Shown here piece after piece: positions 12,532 through 25,828 of a stretch of 53,039 nt of DNA (its first letter is position 1; every line of letters starts with the position of its first letter). This DNA is from Girardia tigrina (lineage: Eukaryota), in the NCBI GenBank assembly GCA_001938485.1, contig MQRK01219226.1:1-53039 (forward strand), read 5' to 3'. Made by a program: the position numbers and the translations under genes. The notes under the pieces were generated by a model. It made no database searches. It had not been told where the DNA came from and saw only the letters and a program-made list of their open reading frames with translations.

Positions 12532-15500
12532 CTTTTATTTCAGTCATTATTTTTCTTTAACACTTGTTTCTGTTGTGTTTATCATTATCATAAAGCAAAA
12601 CCAAAATCTTCCTCGTAAATGAATATATATAAATAATAATACCGTATATACGACAAGATATTAAATAATACAAGTTTCAAGTTGTTCCTTCACGTAATAT
12701 AACAAAATCTCAGACGTTATGTAAATAAAATATATTTTAACAAATAACTGTGTGATGAAAATAAATTTAAAAAAACAATGAGGAATTATCCGTATTACAT
12801 TTCAGACAACATTTAAATGATTTGTTCCCAAAACTTATGATTAAATTCAATGGATCGAACGTCATCGTCACTGAACTGTTTTTTTATTCAAATGTGTATA
12901 TAAATGCAAATTGATGATTGTGTAATCGGCCCAATGAATGCACTGGTTGTGGCCACCGTTCGAACGTGGATTGTAGGGTTACATGACCTAATTAGCAATG
13001 ATTCACAACACTCTCTCCCAATATCTCCACCAAAATGCTAAAACAGAATCACGAGATTATTAATTTTTATATCGTATATTACATGCCACATCAATATTAC
13101 TCTTAGACTCTTTTCAACTATGTTCTTGAATTCTTTTACTTATGAAATTGCTACATGACAGTAATTGCATTTATGGTCACAAACAAGACCAGAACAATGA
13201 GTTTAAGACGTAATAGATTTAATACTGAACGTATTTTGATTCTATGAGATCGTGATATAATTTTTGAATGTAATTCACTGTTTATTTCTTTTAAAAACAA
13301 TAATTAAATGTTTTTAAATCCTTTACTAAAGTACAATTAGACAATATTTCGGTATAATATTAGATTGCAATCGCAATCGGTGTGTAATGAAATGTATTGA
13401 TTAAATTTATTTAATTACGTAATTGTCTTTTAGTCAGTGACGATGCCGCTCAATCTGCTGAAATATATTATCATAATTTCGAAAAATATTAATCTTTTAC
13501 ATAGCTAAATATTCTTTTAATTATAAAAAATAAATAATTTTCTCAAAAGTAAACTATTTTTGTATTTAAGCGAAAGCCAAATGTGAAAACTAGAAATAAA
13601 ATCAAAACATAGACAGAGTGATAAACTCTGTATTTTAAATTATCGACTACATTGACAAATCATCGATTTAAACAAAAATATTAAATCACACTCTCTTGCC
13701 TTCATGGGGCAAACACACACGCGTACTTGCATTGGGAGACTTCACTTTTCTCTGTCGCCTTTACCCTTACGCAAACAAAGTCCACGAACCTGGATGGTCA
13801 GACAACTGTTCGTTGCGGCCTCGGTTTCCATAACTCATAGTCCGCGGCTTTACATCTTCATAATCCGAACTGTCACTGAAATTACCCGCGTTCGTCATCA
13901 CGGATGCGATTTGAGCATTTATTAAACCCTTCAATTGACTCTGTCGTCCGCCCTCGCGCACACACCTGACGTGCGAGTCGTAGTATGGAATGCTTTCGAT
14001 CTCAATTTGATGGGGTTAGCCCAATTTCACTCACTACTGCTTATCTTCACTGAGTCATGCATCACACTTTCGCTGGGATGGTTTGAGCACAAGAACAGCA
14101 ACTCAATTCTCATTTCGATCGATACGCACTAAGGGCCTCCTTTACCACTGCTCGTACTTTATTTTCGGTCACGCGCACTGGGCCCCACAGTTTCATCACC
14201 AGGAATATCATTCCTCACACCACGAAATGGTGGATTTTGATGAGCGTTTTCAGACCGTCTGTCGGACCCTGCTCCTCTACGACCGCCACTGCTACTTTGT
14301 CCTATTGCTCTTTTGCTGCTGTTAGTCATTCACTGGGAACTCCAGTTAGGCAGTTTGTGAGAAGGGAATACAGTTTGTAAGGATTGTAAAAATGAGAGCC
14401 ACAATATTTGTGTCATCTACAAACGGTTCAAAAAGAGGAGCACGTCGAAGCAATCCCAAAAAGTGGTCGCCAACGATCGACTAACACCTTGGAACTGTGA
14501 AATAATATCAATAAAGAAGTAATCCTAAATTTACTTGCGGTTAATCTTAATCCTTCGTGTATGGTTCTATTATGAAGTTGCTTGAAATATGTAATATTAT
14601 TTATTTAATCTTCATTCTATCGATAAATATTAAACCCCATACTTTTTACGAACCATATATTGTTTTATTTACTGTATTTTGTCTTGTGATTATGGTTGAT
14701 TGGCCAAAATTTAGATTTTTATTTGGAAAAAAGTATTTGAAAGTTACTTTATACTTCATAATGATGAAAATTAATTCAATTTAAAAATTGATTTAAAATG
14801 CATCAATCAATACTAAACAGGATTAAAAGTTAAATTTTTGTTACTGTGAGATAAAACGAATCCCCGTTACTGTGGTACCGTTTTTCGTGATAAAGGATCT
14901 TCTTATACGCTGAAATATTCGGTATTTTCATGCAAGCTGGAAAATCGTGATTTTGCAAGCGATTAAAAGGATAATGAATATCAGAACAAATATATTTCGT
15001 CGGTGAAGAATTGTTGTTCATAGACAAAATGTGTATTTCGATCTAATGTAACCAGCTTCAATCTTGATATAGTGGCTTGAATACACTGTTCTCTGTGATT
15101 GCCACTTGGTCAATCTTGTCACTTGAATTGTATTTATAACTTTAATTTATTAACATTTGTTATAAAATATTTTATATTTGTCAGATTGAACATTATTTGT
15201 ACATGGCTAAGTACTTTTGAGTTAAGAGAAGCCATTTATTCATTTCCAAATATCAATATCGACGGATCATTTTCGTGTCCTCATTGGGTCACGGAACTAA
15301 TTTGCGATTCGCTTTTGTAAAAATTCGAAATGCTGATTGTGTAATCGATTGCATCAAATCATGCTGATCAATAATTATCCACAAATAATTGCTAAGACTG
15401 ATAGTCTTAGACTGTCGTTTGAGCATTGATTTATGGACAACGACACTTTGAAATGTTTACAAAAAATCTTGACTAACTATCGAAATGTATTACATATTAA

Positions 15501-15806
15501 TGAACCGAAGCTTTCAATATAAAAGTCCTCCAAAATATATATAAATATAATTATTATTTGGAGACAAAAATCAAGAGGCTTCATAAAAATTGATGCCAAC
15601 GTTGGTGGTAAGGGTGAATGTATGGGAGTTTTCTGTATGAAAGCCCCCATATATAAATAAATATATGGGGTGCATTTACACGGAAAACTCCTGTAATAAG
15701 AAATAAATTGTGTACATAAATATAAACAAAAAAATTATTTACTAATAAATCTATTAATTCATAGATAATCTTTTAAAAATAAACTAAAAAAATCAAAAAA
15801 ACATAC

Positions 15807-15987
15807 ATTTTTCTTATCATTGCTGTGAATGATGCAAGTTCCATCTGTAATATTAAAAAAATCATACAATAATGAAAGAATAATTCAAAAAGATTTTATA
15901 CCATTTTCAATAAAAGGAAAAGACGGTTTTCTGAAAAATCTTCGCAAATTTCGTACTAATTTCGTCGATGTCGAATTATCAGTAGTC
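15807..15987 (-). CDS. Probable bestrophin C-terminal exons 9 (15987-15902) and 10 (15844-15807)
   Basis: The phase-2 acceptor matches the exon-8 donor. Open frame RTTDNSTSTKLVRNLRRFFRKPSFPFIEN-D-GTCIIHSNDKKN across a 57-nt GT-AG intron; donor gtatgt. No homology support because the tail is divergent. Confidence 0.6.
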
Positions 15988-16043
15988 CTTGGAAATAGTA
16001 AATTTTAATTAATTAATTTATTTATTGTAAAAACTACTTCTCA

Positions 16044-16325
16044 TTTTTAGCGCATTTTCTCATATGAAAAAAATGCGGTATTATATTCATCATGTCCGTT
16101 TATGTATGTATCTGTTTATCACAGCAAATTACGGGTACCGGGTGCGTCCAAGATCCCATAAACTATATATTTTTGGATAGGTCTCGTCAACAGCAATCCA
16201 CATAACTATAGTAACCCAAGATCAGTCAAGGTCAAATGTCAAAAAATGGCCTAATTTCGCAGTTTTACTCTCGTAAGCTTACATATAGAAAATGCGCTTT
16301 AAGTCCCTCATCGCAGTGAGTACTG
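16044..16325 (+). mobile_element. DINE-1/HINE (Helentron-associated) element
   Basis: T-tract start; subterminal inverted repeats AGCGCATTTTCTCATATG (16049) / CATATAGAAAATGCGCT (16282); GTAT/GTCC microsatellite; 3' stem-loop CTCA..TGAG. Confidence 0.65.
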
Positions 16326-17309
16326 ATCTATATTTTTACTATATATATATATTATTGAGTCTTGTGAACGCAAGTTTAGTATTTCGAAAATATAATTTGA
16401 TTAAAGCTTTTTTTTATATAATTATTGGACATGTTAAGATGTTTACATACATCATCATCAGCAATTTTTGGATGTTTAGTATATGAATATTGAATTGTTT
16501 GCATGATACAATTGTAGTAGATACATTTACTTTAAAAGGTATATTAGGGATTTTATATTATTATTTATTAAAGTATTATTGGGTAATAATGGCAAAAATA
16601 TTTTAATTAAAAATTTTAAGTATTGAAATAACCTTACTTTGCCCATTCTGAATGTTAATTGATGGGTTGTAGTGTCTTATTAATAGTGTTTTTCAAGCTG
16701 CACATGTTCAAAAGTGCAAAAATCAATACATAAAATTTTTAAAAGTACCAGTGTCAAAAATCGATATCATGTGTTTGATGCACATTTTAATTCTCTATCT
16801 GAATGTACAATTAGAATTTTCATATATTGATTACTTTCCCTATTATTAACATAATATGTAAATTTACACAAAATGCACATCGATTTTAGAGACAGAAGGA
16901 AGCAGAATATCAAAAAAGTGCTGATGCACTTGAATAGTAACCCACATACATACATTCAGATTCCATGTCAACATTTTCGAAAAAGTGCTGATAAATCGAT
17001 TTTTTCGAACATTTCTGAAATTCTCAAAAATAGTGCTCAAAAATGGATTTTTTTCGTATATATATGAAACCTCTATGATATATGTGTGTTATTGACCATC
17101 ATACAATACCTCATGAATCTCCTAATGTACACAAGTATAATCAGAAGTACCATGGTTACCGTAACCAAGATAAATAACCTTTTTATATTATATGTAAAAA
17201 CTACATGCAAACATTCCTATTGTACTTCAAACATACATCAATATAATACATAACATCTGCATAATCACCAAAAGTACCTGAGCCTAGACATCGCCTAGGC
17301 ATCAACCAT

Positions 17310-17311
<2 letters not shown>

Positions 17312-17349
<38 letters not shown>

Positions 17350-17399
17350 NNNNNNNNNNNNNNNNNNNNNNNNNNNNNNNNNNNNNNNNNNNNNNNNNN

Positions 17400-17464
<65 letters not shown>
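17312..17464. repeat. (TA)n microsatellite with N gap (others at about 2280, 19340-19475, 40143-40175, 52013-52118)
   Basis: Direct inspection. Confidence 0.95.
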
Positions 17465-17468
<4 letters not shown>

Positions 17469-17702
17469 TATGTAATATCTAAAACATGCATAGGCTTTCT
17501 GCACCACAAGACCCCTCCCGGGGGGTCGACATCTGCTTTCTTTGTGAGACTTCAATATCTTTTTTTATTTACTTTAAGTGATATATTAAAAGAAACAATA
17601 AGTTCTAAATTTAATAAACATTTTATAATTTATAATTTTATAAACATAATATAATTTTGACACAACACTAAACACCTTTTATAAGCACAATGTGAACCAT
17701 GT

Positions 17703-18085
17703 TCACGATATATACAAGTAATTTTTTTGTATCGCTTTTAGTTTGTCACACTTATATGTGCATATTCTCAGATCAGGAAATATAGACTTTATCAACTTTT
17801 CCTTTCGTCCATCATCATTATCCTTGACATAGAACAATGCCTCAGCTAAATTACATCGTAATCGAATGTCTCGCATTAAACAATCCTGACAAAACTTGAA
17901 ATTGTGTTCTTCCCACGTCAATTAATGATGATGTAATGTTAAATAAGCATTTGTTCTCTGTGCTTTGTTTGAACAGTAATGCATTTTAGGTCTAATTACA
18001 CCCAAACATTATATTACATTTGCAACACTTATTTAACTTACTGAAATACGTAATGTAATGGATTAAACATATTTTCAACAGACAT
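17703..18085 (-). pseudogene. Small Maverick accessory ORF, spliced (18085-18042, 17991-17703), with one premature TAA at 17924-17922
   Basis: MSVENMFNPLHYVFQ|gtaagt..50 nt..attag|PKMHYC..HHH*LTWEEHNFKFCQDCL.. stays in frame; co-oriented with the MCP and protease. Confidence 0.5.
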
Positions 18086-18178
18086 TATGCACAACTCTTT
18101 AATCATGTCCTCATCATTATTTTCCACAAATCTTTCAAAATAAATTAAGAAGAAAATTTATTAAAATAACAACTTTGT

Positions 18179-18552
18179 TTATAACAATTGACGTTTAAGC
18201 CAGTCTATACAATAATTTCCACAAAGAAATGTTAGCGGATTTTGATACATTACATCATTATATATGACAGGTTGTTGCATTTGTTCCAATTTTGTTACCA
18301 ACGTTGATGGGTAATACATTCCAAGTGGATCGAATACTCGTATATGATCTGAAGTCGCATGTACTGCAATCCAGTGTTCTCCTGGTAAATTAGCAGTCTG
18401 AGTATTAATTACATATCCTCTATCGAGTAGATAATCTAGAACTTTATCCAGCGAATATAATCCACGGAATTGAGGATATCCTTTCAGTGCTTTTTCAATC
18501 TGATATGTACTAAATATGTAAATATGAAAGGTTTAGATACAACTTACTTCAT
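18179..18552 (-). CDS. Maverick/Polinton adenain-like cysteine protease, 111 aa, two exons (18552-18548, 18509-18179)
   Basis: ATG AA|gtaagt..38 nt..tttag|T ACA gives MNTYQIEKALKGYPQFRGLYSLD..VINTQTANLPGEHWIAV..VFDPLG..YQNPLTFLCGNYC. Catalytic H, D, Q and C are all present; the gene lies directly downstream of the MCP. Confidence 0.88.
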
Positions 18553-18598
18553 ATATTATTTCTGTTCGTAATTGCTGTTTTCAGTTCTAATGCTGTGT

Positions 18599-19138
18599 TT
18601 ATACAATAACTGTACCATCTTTTCGTATTTGTATCTCACTATCAAATACTCCATATACATACATAGTAATTGCATTATCTAATACCTTATGGAATCTTAA
18701 ATCCAATTTTAAATTGCCTGTTCGTGGCATTTGTATTTGATCAACATCAAAATCAGGTGTCAAGACAAATGTAAAGTAGGGGTATTTTGTTTTGAAATCA
18801 TCCATAGTGATTCCATTATTCATATATTTATTCACGAGTACCATGTTCAATATTATAGACTTGTAATATGCTTCAGTAAAATCATTTTTTTCAAAGTCAA
18901 TTTTATATGAATCTCTATAATGAATTCCTCGAGATAGAGTTAGGGAGCTAATATTACTGTTTTCAAATGCAGAGCAATATTTTGCGCAATCTCCATTAAC
19001 TTTTTTACTATCTTGAAATGTTACCAATACAAATTTAGGTAACCGTTCATCACTAAACAGATTGTCCTTGTATTCACCATGTGATCCTCTAGGAATTGAA
19101 AACTGAACAATTTTTGCTTTTCGAATGGGATATTTTTT
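18599..19138 (-). pseudogene. Maverick/Polinton major capsid protein, C-terminal ~180 aa (5' truncated)
   Basis: YPIRKAKIVQFSIPRG..DNLFSDERLPKFVLVTF..NGITMDDFK..YFTFVLTPD..TGNLKLDLRFHKVL..VYGVFDSEIQI matches the Polinton MCP C-terminal pattern (YPI..SIP.G..DNLF..LP; FDLTPD; GNLRLELRF). Confidence 0.88.
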
Positions 19139-20049
19139 TCAAAAATAAATTTTTTTTTAAATAATTTATAATTGAATGATTTAAAATTAAAGAAAAAATT
19201 ATTTAGGAATTGAATTTTTATAGGACATGTCCATTAAAATATTTTTAAAAATCTAAATTTATATTTCAATTAATAAACATTGTAAAAATTAATAAAACAA
19301 AAACAAAATATGATTTATGCAAAATTGAATAAAATAACATATATATATATATATATATATATATANNNNNNNNNNNNNNNNNNNNNNNNNNNNNNNNNNN
19401 NNNNNNNNNNNNNNNNNNNNNNNNNNNNNNNNNNNNNNNNNNNNNNNNNNNNNNNATATATATATATATATATTTATATATAATTTTTCTGAGGTTCATT
19501 CATTTTATAAATAAAAATCGAAACTATTTACAAAATTTATATTTTAAGTTTTTGAGAAAATTAGATTAATAAATATCGACTATTTTTGTTTTCAAATAAG
19601 AGAAAAATAAAGATCAAAATATTTTTTGATGTATATCTTTATTAATTTATATTTTGTCCAATCTAAGAGACATTTAATATAAAATAAAATATTATTTTGA
19701 TAATATTTTGAACAATTCCAGTGATGATTTTATTTAATTATTACATTTGTCTTACGAAATATCCTTTGTAAGAGATAAATATCATTTACCTTTAAATTTT
19801 AAGATATTTTTTGAAAAATTTTGTGGTTTTTTAAAATTTGTATCACCGAGTAAGGAACCTTTGAATATGCAAAACTCATGGTGGTTCGGGACAGAGTAAT
19901 TAGAAACTTTGCATAACTAAAGTCATTCAATTAGACACTTAGTAAATGCCGTATGAATAATGTTAGCGTAATATATACAACATGGAGTAATTTTTTGAGA
20001 ATACACAATATAGGCACTACACTTTCATGTGTGTTATAGTAACATAGTT

Positions 20050-20450
20050 TGATCGCAGAACCTATTGTTACACAACATATGAAGAAGCTCTAGTTATTGT
20101 CTCCTTGGCTGCCGGACACACCGATTCAGAAACTGATGCATTCTTAGAAGTCGCTCAATCATATCTACTCAAAGTTCGGCGAAAAATAGGAGCTGAAAAG
20201 AATAATATGACGGATGTTTCCAAAAGGAAGCGACATTCTCAATGTTCTGTCAGTATCACGACGCAATATTCTATGAGCCGATTCGAAGCAGCCATTGAAG
20301 AAGACTCTGGGAAGTTGATGAGAGTCCAAGGTTAATAACTTGACCAGGGTCAAGCGCTTACTGATCAAGCTCCAGCATCTTGATGATTTAAGAATGATCT
20401 GTTTTTTTCAGATAAGAATATCTTTGATCAGGACCAAAATATGATGGTTC
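20050..20450 (+). mobile_element. Tc1/mariner (maT/DD37D-like) transposase remnant
   Basis: HTH-like AFLEVAQSYLLKVRRK..KRKRHSQ.S..EDSGK.MR and FFSD..FDQDQ. Confidence 0.6.
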
Positions 20451-20482
20451 ATTGGTAGTTCACGGGAGGTTGGTGCTTGAGC

Positions 20483-23400
20483 CAGGGCCTTTTTTAAGAA
20501 ATTTTCACCGGGAGGCACAAGCAATCACAAATGGTCAAGTGCCGAAATTTGGTAACTTTTAATCTTGGATGAAACAGTTATTTTTCCTTGTTTTTTTTAT
20601 AATGGATTTTCCTATTCCAAACAGTTTTTTCTATCAAGTGTTCTCAGATTTAAAAGAAGAAAATCCACAAGTCACCCGATCCATAAAATTTTACGAACAG
20701 TCAAACACGATTTTTTTTATATTTTAAAATTTTTTTTAAATTTTACATAACACTTCAACACATGTTACTTTTAAAAAAAGAGTTAGCAACAAAGTTACTT
20801 TGTGAATAAATATCAAGGTTGGGTTTATTTCTCATCTTTCTTTCACCCTCAAGAATTCTACCTCAGCACTGTGAAGATCAAACTTGGAAGTCCTCTTTCA
20901 ATTCATTGCGATCATCATGCCAGAGTTGGCTGTCTCAGCTGAGGTACTCGTGCGATGGGCTGAAACGTACAAGTTTTATAAAGAATCGAGCCTCTCAGGA
21001 AGCATGCTGTGAGGAATGAGTGTTACAGAAGACGATATTACTTTCAAAAGTATGCCACTGTAGCTCTGTACGAAGTATTTCAACTTCAATTAGGGTAAAG
21101 TATTTATTGGCCATTGTTTAGCGCAGTCATCTGGAATGCGCAGGATTTCTTCTGAAAACAAATGTCATTTTATTTTAACTCCTACATTATTAAATATTTC
21201 GAGTTCTGCTGTTTGCAAGAGTTAATATGTATTGGAATACTTCTTGTACCACATCAAACTGCTCTCCAAGATAATTCTGTGCTGATTATACAATTTCGAA
21301 GCACACTGCATCCAGACTTCTTGTAGTTGGTATATTCGTGTTAATATCTCTTAAAATGAGTGTCTGTTTCCTGGGGCTGTAGTTTCCTTTCCTTTTCTCA
21401 AGGATTGGGGGCCCTGGATATAAGGTCTTATTTACGAATTGCCGAATCTCTATTGCTTATTATCTCTGGCAGAATTAGGTCGTCACACTGTATCTGCTTT
21501 TGCGAATCACGAAATGTTTTCAAAACACAACTATGAGACCGTTAAGCCAAATTTGATGCGATTCATATGCCCATGTCTTCAAATATCCCGGTGCTGTTGC
21601 TCTCTTTTTTCAATTTGTCTTTCAAAAACTTAAAAACTTCCTTGCAGTAGTAGAGATTATTAAGAATGACATTTAAAAGGTTGACTATGTGCTCCGCAAA
21701 TCAAACGTCGTAATGAACAGGAAATGATTCGCCGTTGATTGAAACTGATACAGGATTTTCGTTGTCTTTTTAACGTCCGGAAGAAGGTAGCTAAATACTT
21801 GGCATTGTTAATCCAGAAACGCAGCTTCGAAACGCCTCATTCTATACTTTTAAAGGCGAGGTCACATCTGTGAAAAAAATACCAGAACGTTAATAGATCA
21901 CGATGCAACTATTCTTCATAAGCTTCCAAAGTCCCCTTGTTAACCCTGTATTAGCTCTTTCGACATCTGTTGTAACACCAATCAGCTTAGAATTTGATGC
22001 GACCATAATCTTAAGGGCCTGTTTAGTGGCGTACAGCAGTCCAAGGGATCCAATATGTTGAGATTCGTTGAAGACTTTGAAGACGTTTTTTACTTCTCGC
22101 TTTTTTGTTACTATTCTAGCAGAGACTTACTTGTAATCCACCATTTGCCGATTGACGCTGCTATCAACTTGTAATACGTAAGCAACACAATCCTGTAGCT
22201 CATGACTGAGTTCCTTCTGAACTTCTGCAGCAACTATGAGTAGCATTTCTCAATATCAGTTTGGGTCTTTGTAATTTAATTTCAATGAGGGAGGTGGAAA
22301 TTCCTCTAATCGAGAATTCATTTCTGTTGTATATGTCAACTCTACAACATTTAAAAAATTATGTAAAATTCAAGAATTAAATTAACAAATTAATAAAATA
22401 AAAATTCATAATTAAATTGAAATTCAATATTCATAAAAAGCATAAAAATTCAAGCATATAGAATTTGTTTTATTATATAAATTAAAAAATTAACAAAACA
22501 CACAAATTCAAATTACAAAACCAATCTGTTTAGAGGTGGAATATGGAGGATCAATAGGATACTACATCATTTATAAATAAACTTTTATCGAAAATTCTCG
22601 TTCTCATTAAATACCACTTACAAAAGACTGTCAAGCGATCGAATAAATCGACCGTTAAGTCGATTAAAATTACGTCCAGGACGAATCAGGTTGAACATCA
22701 ACTTTTATCGTGTAATTGGTTATACGATTTAGGTGCCGGTCATCCGGTCGCTAAAGAACGCTTCAAACACGATCAAGTCAACAGTAATGACTGAGTGCAA
22801 AAAAATTACTAATTTTAAATCTTTATAACTCCAACATAAAATCACAAATTACAAAAAACTAATCAAGTAGACTGTTGTTTGAATAAATCAAAATAAAATT
22901 CATTTTTTAATTTCATTTTTCATAAATATGTCGTCAGAAACAGTAAGTCGCGAATTAATTATTCGTTTCTTTCAAGAAAATCCACAATCAAGTCAGAAAA
23001 CAATTGCCAGAAACGCAAAGGTTTGTCAGAAAACAGTTTCTAACGTCATTAAAAGCTTTAATGAGAACTTGAACGTTTGAGAAAAATTGGTTCGGGAAGA
23101 AGAAAGGGTTTTTCGTGTACATAGAATGTGAAGAAAGTAAAGGCTCTGTTAGAGAGAAATCCTCGTCTATCAAATCGAAAATTGACGGAAAAGGCAAATT
23201 GTAGTGAGAAAACAGCTGGGAAAATTAAACAGTCCTCGGGTTTAAAAACGTATAAAGTTCAAACAGTACCAGACCGGAATGCTAACAAGAGCGTAAAAGG
23301 GCAACAGCGAGCCAGAAAGTTGAAATCTGGTTTTCTTGCGAAGAAATAATGTTGGATTATGGATGATGATACTTATGTGCTCTGCGAGTTTTCCTTCTAC

Positions 23401-23949
23401 CGGGATAAGAATTGTACTCTGTAACTAAGAGAAGAGGAGTTGAAGAAAAATTTAGAAGGAAGAAAAAATCTAAGTTTCTCAAAATATTTCTTGTTTTGCA
23501 AGCTATGTGTGGATGCCGGAAAAGGAGTAAAAGATTTGTCACATCTGGCCCAATAAACACAGAAGTTTTTAGGCTTCCCTTCAGTAGGTACAAACATAAA
23601 TACTTCCAAGCAGTCCCTACTATTTTCTATTTACTATTTTACATTCACTTTTCTGTGCTTGTACCATTCCATAGCATTGTGAGAAGTGCTGATAATGGAT
23701 TCTTCTGTTTCCAAGGGGTCAATGTGTATTTGTGGTTCAGTCTTCAACTAGAACAACCAAGTTTAAATCTTCTGTTGTAACAAAATCATCATGTTATGAT
23801 AACAAAAAATAGAAAGGTAGTTTTAAAAATCAATTTTAAAAAATTGCCCCCCCTCCCAGTCTATCACTTTTGCCTTGGACTGTGGGACCAATTTTGGTCC
23901 CTGGGGGTCAAAAGCCCCTCCCCCAGTCAATATGTTAAAAAAGGCCCTG
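20483..23949 (-). mobile_element. hAT element with perfect 15-bp TIRs (CAGGGCCTTTTTTAA), decayed transposase and a nested insertion
   Basis: TIRs at 20483-20497 and 23935-23949; flanks GCTTGAGC / GCTTAAAC (8-bp TSD, 6/8 identical). Minus-strand LIGVTTDVERANTG..FWYFFHRCDLAF resembles hAT TTDG..N.G / C..H.L. Confidence 0.85.
22928..23570 (+). mobile_element. ITmD37E (Tc1/mariner DD37E) transposase fragment nested in the hAT element
   Basis: MSSETVSRELII..GSGR..NPRLSNRKL..GLKTYKVQTVPDR..RARKL..IMDDDTYV..LPG..QAMCGC.KRSK.FVT.G.INTEV. Confidence 0.8.
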
Positions 23950-24769
23950 GCTTAAACTACGAATCGGATAAATGGATTAGTGGTACAACTGACACTCTCT
24001 AAGTCCAACACTTTTCCGACTGCAGATTATCACTTTTGATCGAGGAAATAGTTTGATCTTTGTTAGGAAATAAGAAATGTTAATAAAATTTTTGAAATAA
24101 TGTAAAATTAAATTTACCAATTCAAATGTATAAATACTTATAAGTATGCATTGATTGTAAAAGAAATTTTAAAAATTTATAAAATTTAATAAAATTATTA
24201 AAAAATTCTAAATGTTGTTACAATTTAAAATTATAAAATTTGATTAAAGATAATTATTAAAGAATGATAATAGAGATTTTTTTAATTAATAAAATTTCGC
24301 GAAATGATTAATTATTTGATAATGTTATCGTAATTTAAAATTGATACAATTTATTAAAGGTAAAATTTATAATATTAAAATAAAATTAAATATTAATATT
24401 ATAAGTATTTTTATTTATACGTATTAAGAACATTAATTTTGTTTTCTTTACATTTATTTATATCACAATTTGAATTGCCACTAGAACAATTCTCCGTAAA
24501 ACTTGCGTAGCTCGTCATCGTTCTTGATTGATAATCTTTAATAATATTCTTTAACGTCTTATTATTCAAACAAATTTAATTTACAATTTAATTATTACAA
24601 AAATAATTTATACTTTAAATTTGAAATAAGTTTTATTTATTTTAAGAAAATATTATTAAAATATTATTTATGAAATATTAGTTTAATTTTAAAGTGATTA
24701 TTTAAATTTTAATTCTTGATTAAATAACTCGACGTTTTAAAATATTTAAAATATAAATCTTCCATCTGA

Positions 24770-25205
24770 GTGGGAGAAACACAATCTATCTTCCTTCAAA
24801 AGATCCCCGAGTTGGTCCTCGTCCATCTTGACTGGTCTTCCGGAACGAGGAGCGTCGTTGAGGTCGAAATTATCGTGTTTGAACCTGGCAAACCAATCCC
24901 GAGCAGTTCTCTCAGCTATAGCGTCCTCTCCATACACGGCACAAATATCTCTGGTAGCTTCACTCGCTTTTTGACCTCGATTAAAGGCGAAAAGAAGGTG
25001 TCGAAAATGCGATTTTTTGTCGACTTGACAATCCATTTGACGGTTCTAAAAAAAGACAAAAAATAATGTTGGCAAAAACGATTACTTTAATCTTGTAGAG
25101 CATAGCACGGGCTTTCTAATGGTATATAACACTTTGTCAAAAATCAAAAGGTCTTTGTAGAACAAATAGTTTCATGTAACGACGGGAACTTATGCAACAA
25201 CCCAA
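24770..25205 (-). mobile_element. Mariner 5' fragment (TIR + HTH domain)
   Basis: MDCQVDKKSHFRHLLFAFNRG.KA..A.RDICAVYGE..IAERT..WFARFK..FDL.D.PRSGRP; TIR-like TTGGGTTGTTGCATAAGTTCCCG at about 25180-25205. Confidence 0.9.
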
Positions 25206-25573
25206 AATAATCGAAACGAATAATTTTCAAATAAAATTTATTTGTCACTTACACCAAAATTCGAAACTAAATTATCACCAACATAAAAAGAAACATAAGG
25301 TCGTTTTCAAGCAGAATTCAATCAATGATGCGCTTAAATAAACAACTTTAAAAACTAAAAAATTTTTGCACAATCACTTTTTATAATTAAAATATATTTT
25401 TTACTTTTTTGTAATTTAAAAACACATTTTTTTGTGAAATCTGAAACATCATTGACTAAGGTTCTCCTAACATTGACTGTCTAACACTGACCAAAGAAAG
25501 TCTCTCCTCAAAAAAATCAATTAACAACATTATTTTCTACTACATTTGAAAAAAATAATGAAACAATCGCAAC

Positions 25574-25828
25574 CTACCTCACGTTTTCATACGGCTTTGA
25601 ACTTTTCAACAAATTTGTTTCAATTTCGGCTATAAATTCTGGAAGATTGTCATCTTGAACTGATTCTTGCTGGCGATACTTCATAAGAGCGGGCTGCAAT
25701 AATTCCGGATACATTTCTTCTTCAGCTTCAGAAGATCGAAAGGAAATATCTAAATTATAATCTAACATTTCCGAAGTTTGAAAATCTTCATCATCATCTC
25801 CGAAAGGATTCATGACACACATGGCAAC
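25574..25828 (-). CDS. BEST: Bestrophin exon 8 (Ca2+ clasp)
   Basis: VAMCVMNPFGDDDEDFQTSEMLDYNL...; ends either at donor AG|gtaggt (25578) or at the TAG at 25576-25574 if unspliced. Confidence 0.93.
   Translation of the reverse strand, partial: VAMCVMNPFGDDDEDFQTSEMLDYNLDISFRSSEAEEEMYPELLQPALMKYRQQESVQDDNLPEFIAEIETNLLKSSKPYENVR

Noticed and set aside
15620-15696. Long imperfect palindrome (another at about 48055-48145)
   Set aside because: Most likely tiny MITEs; no evidence for a miRNA.
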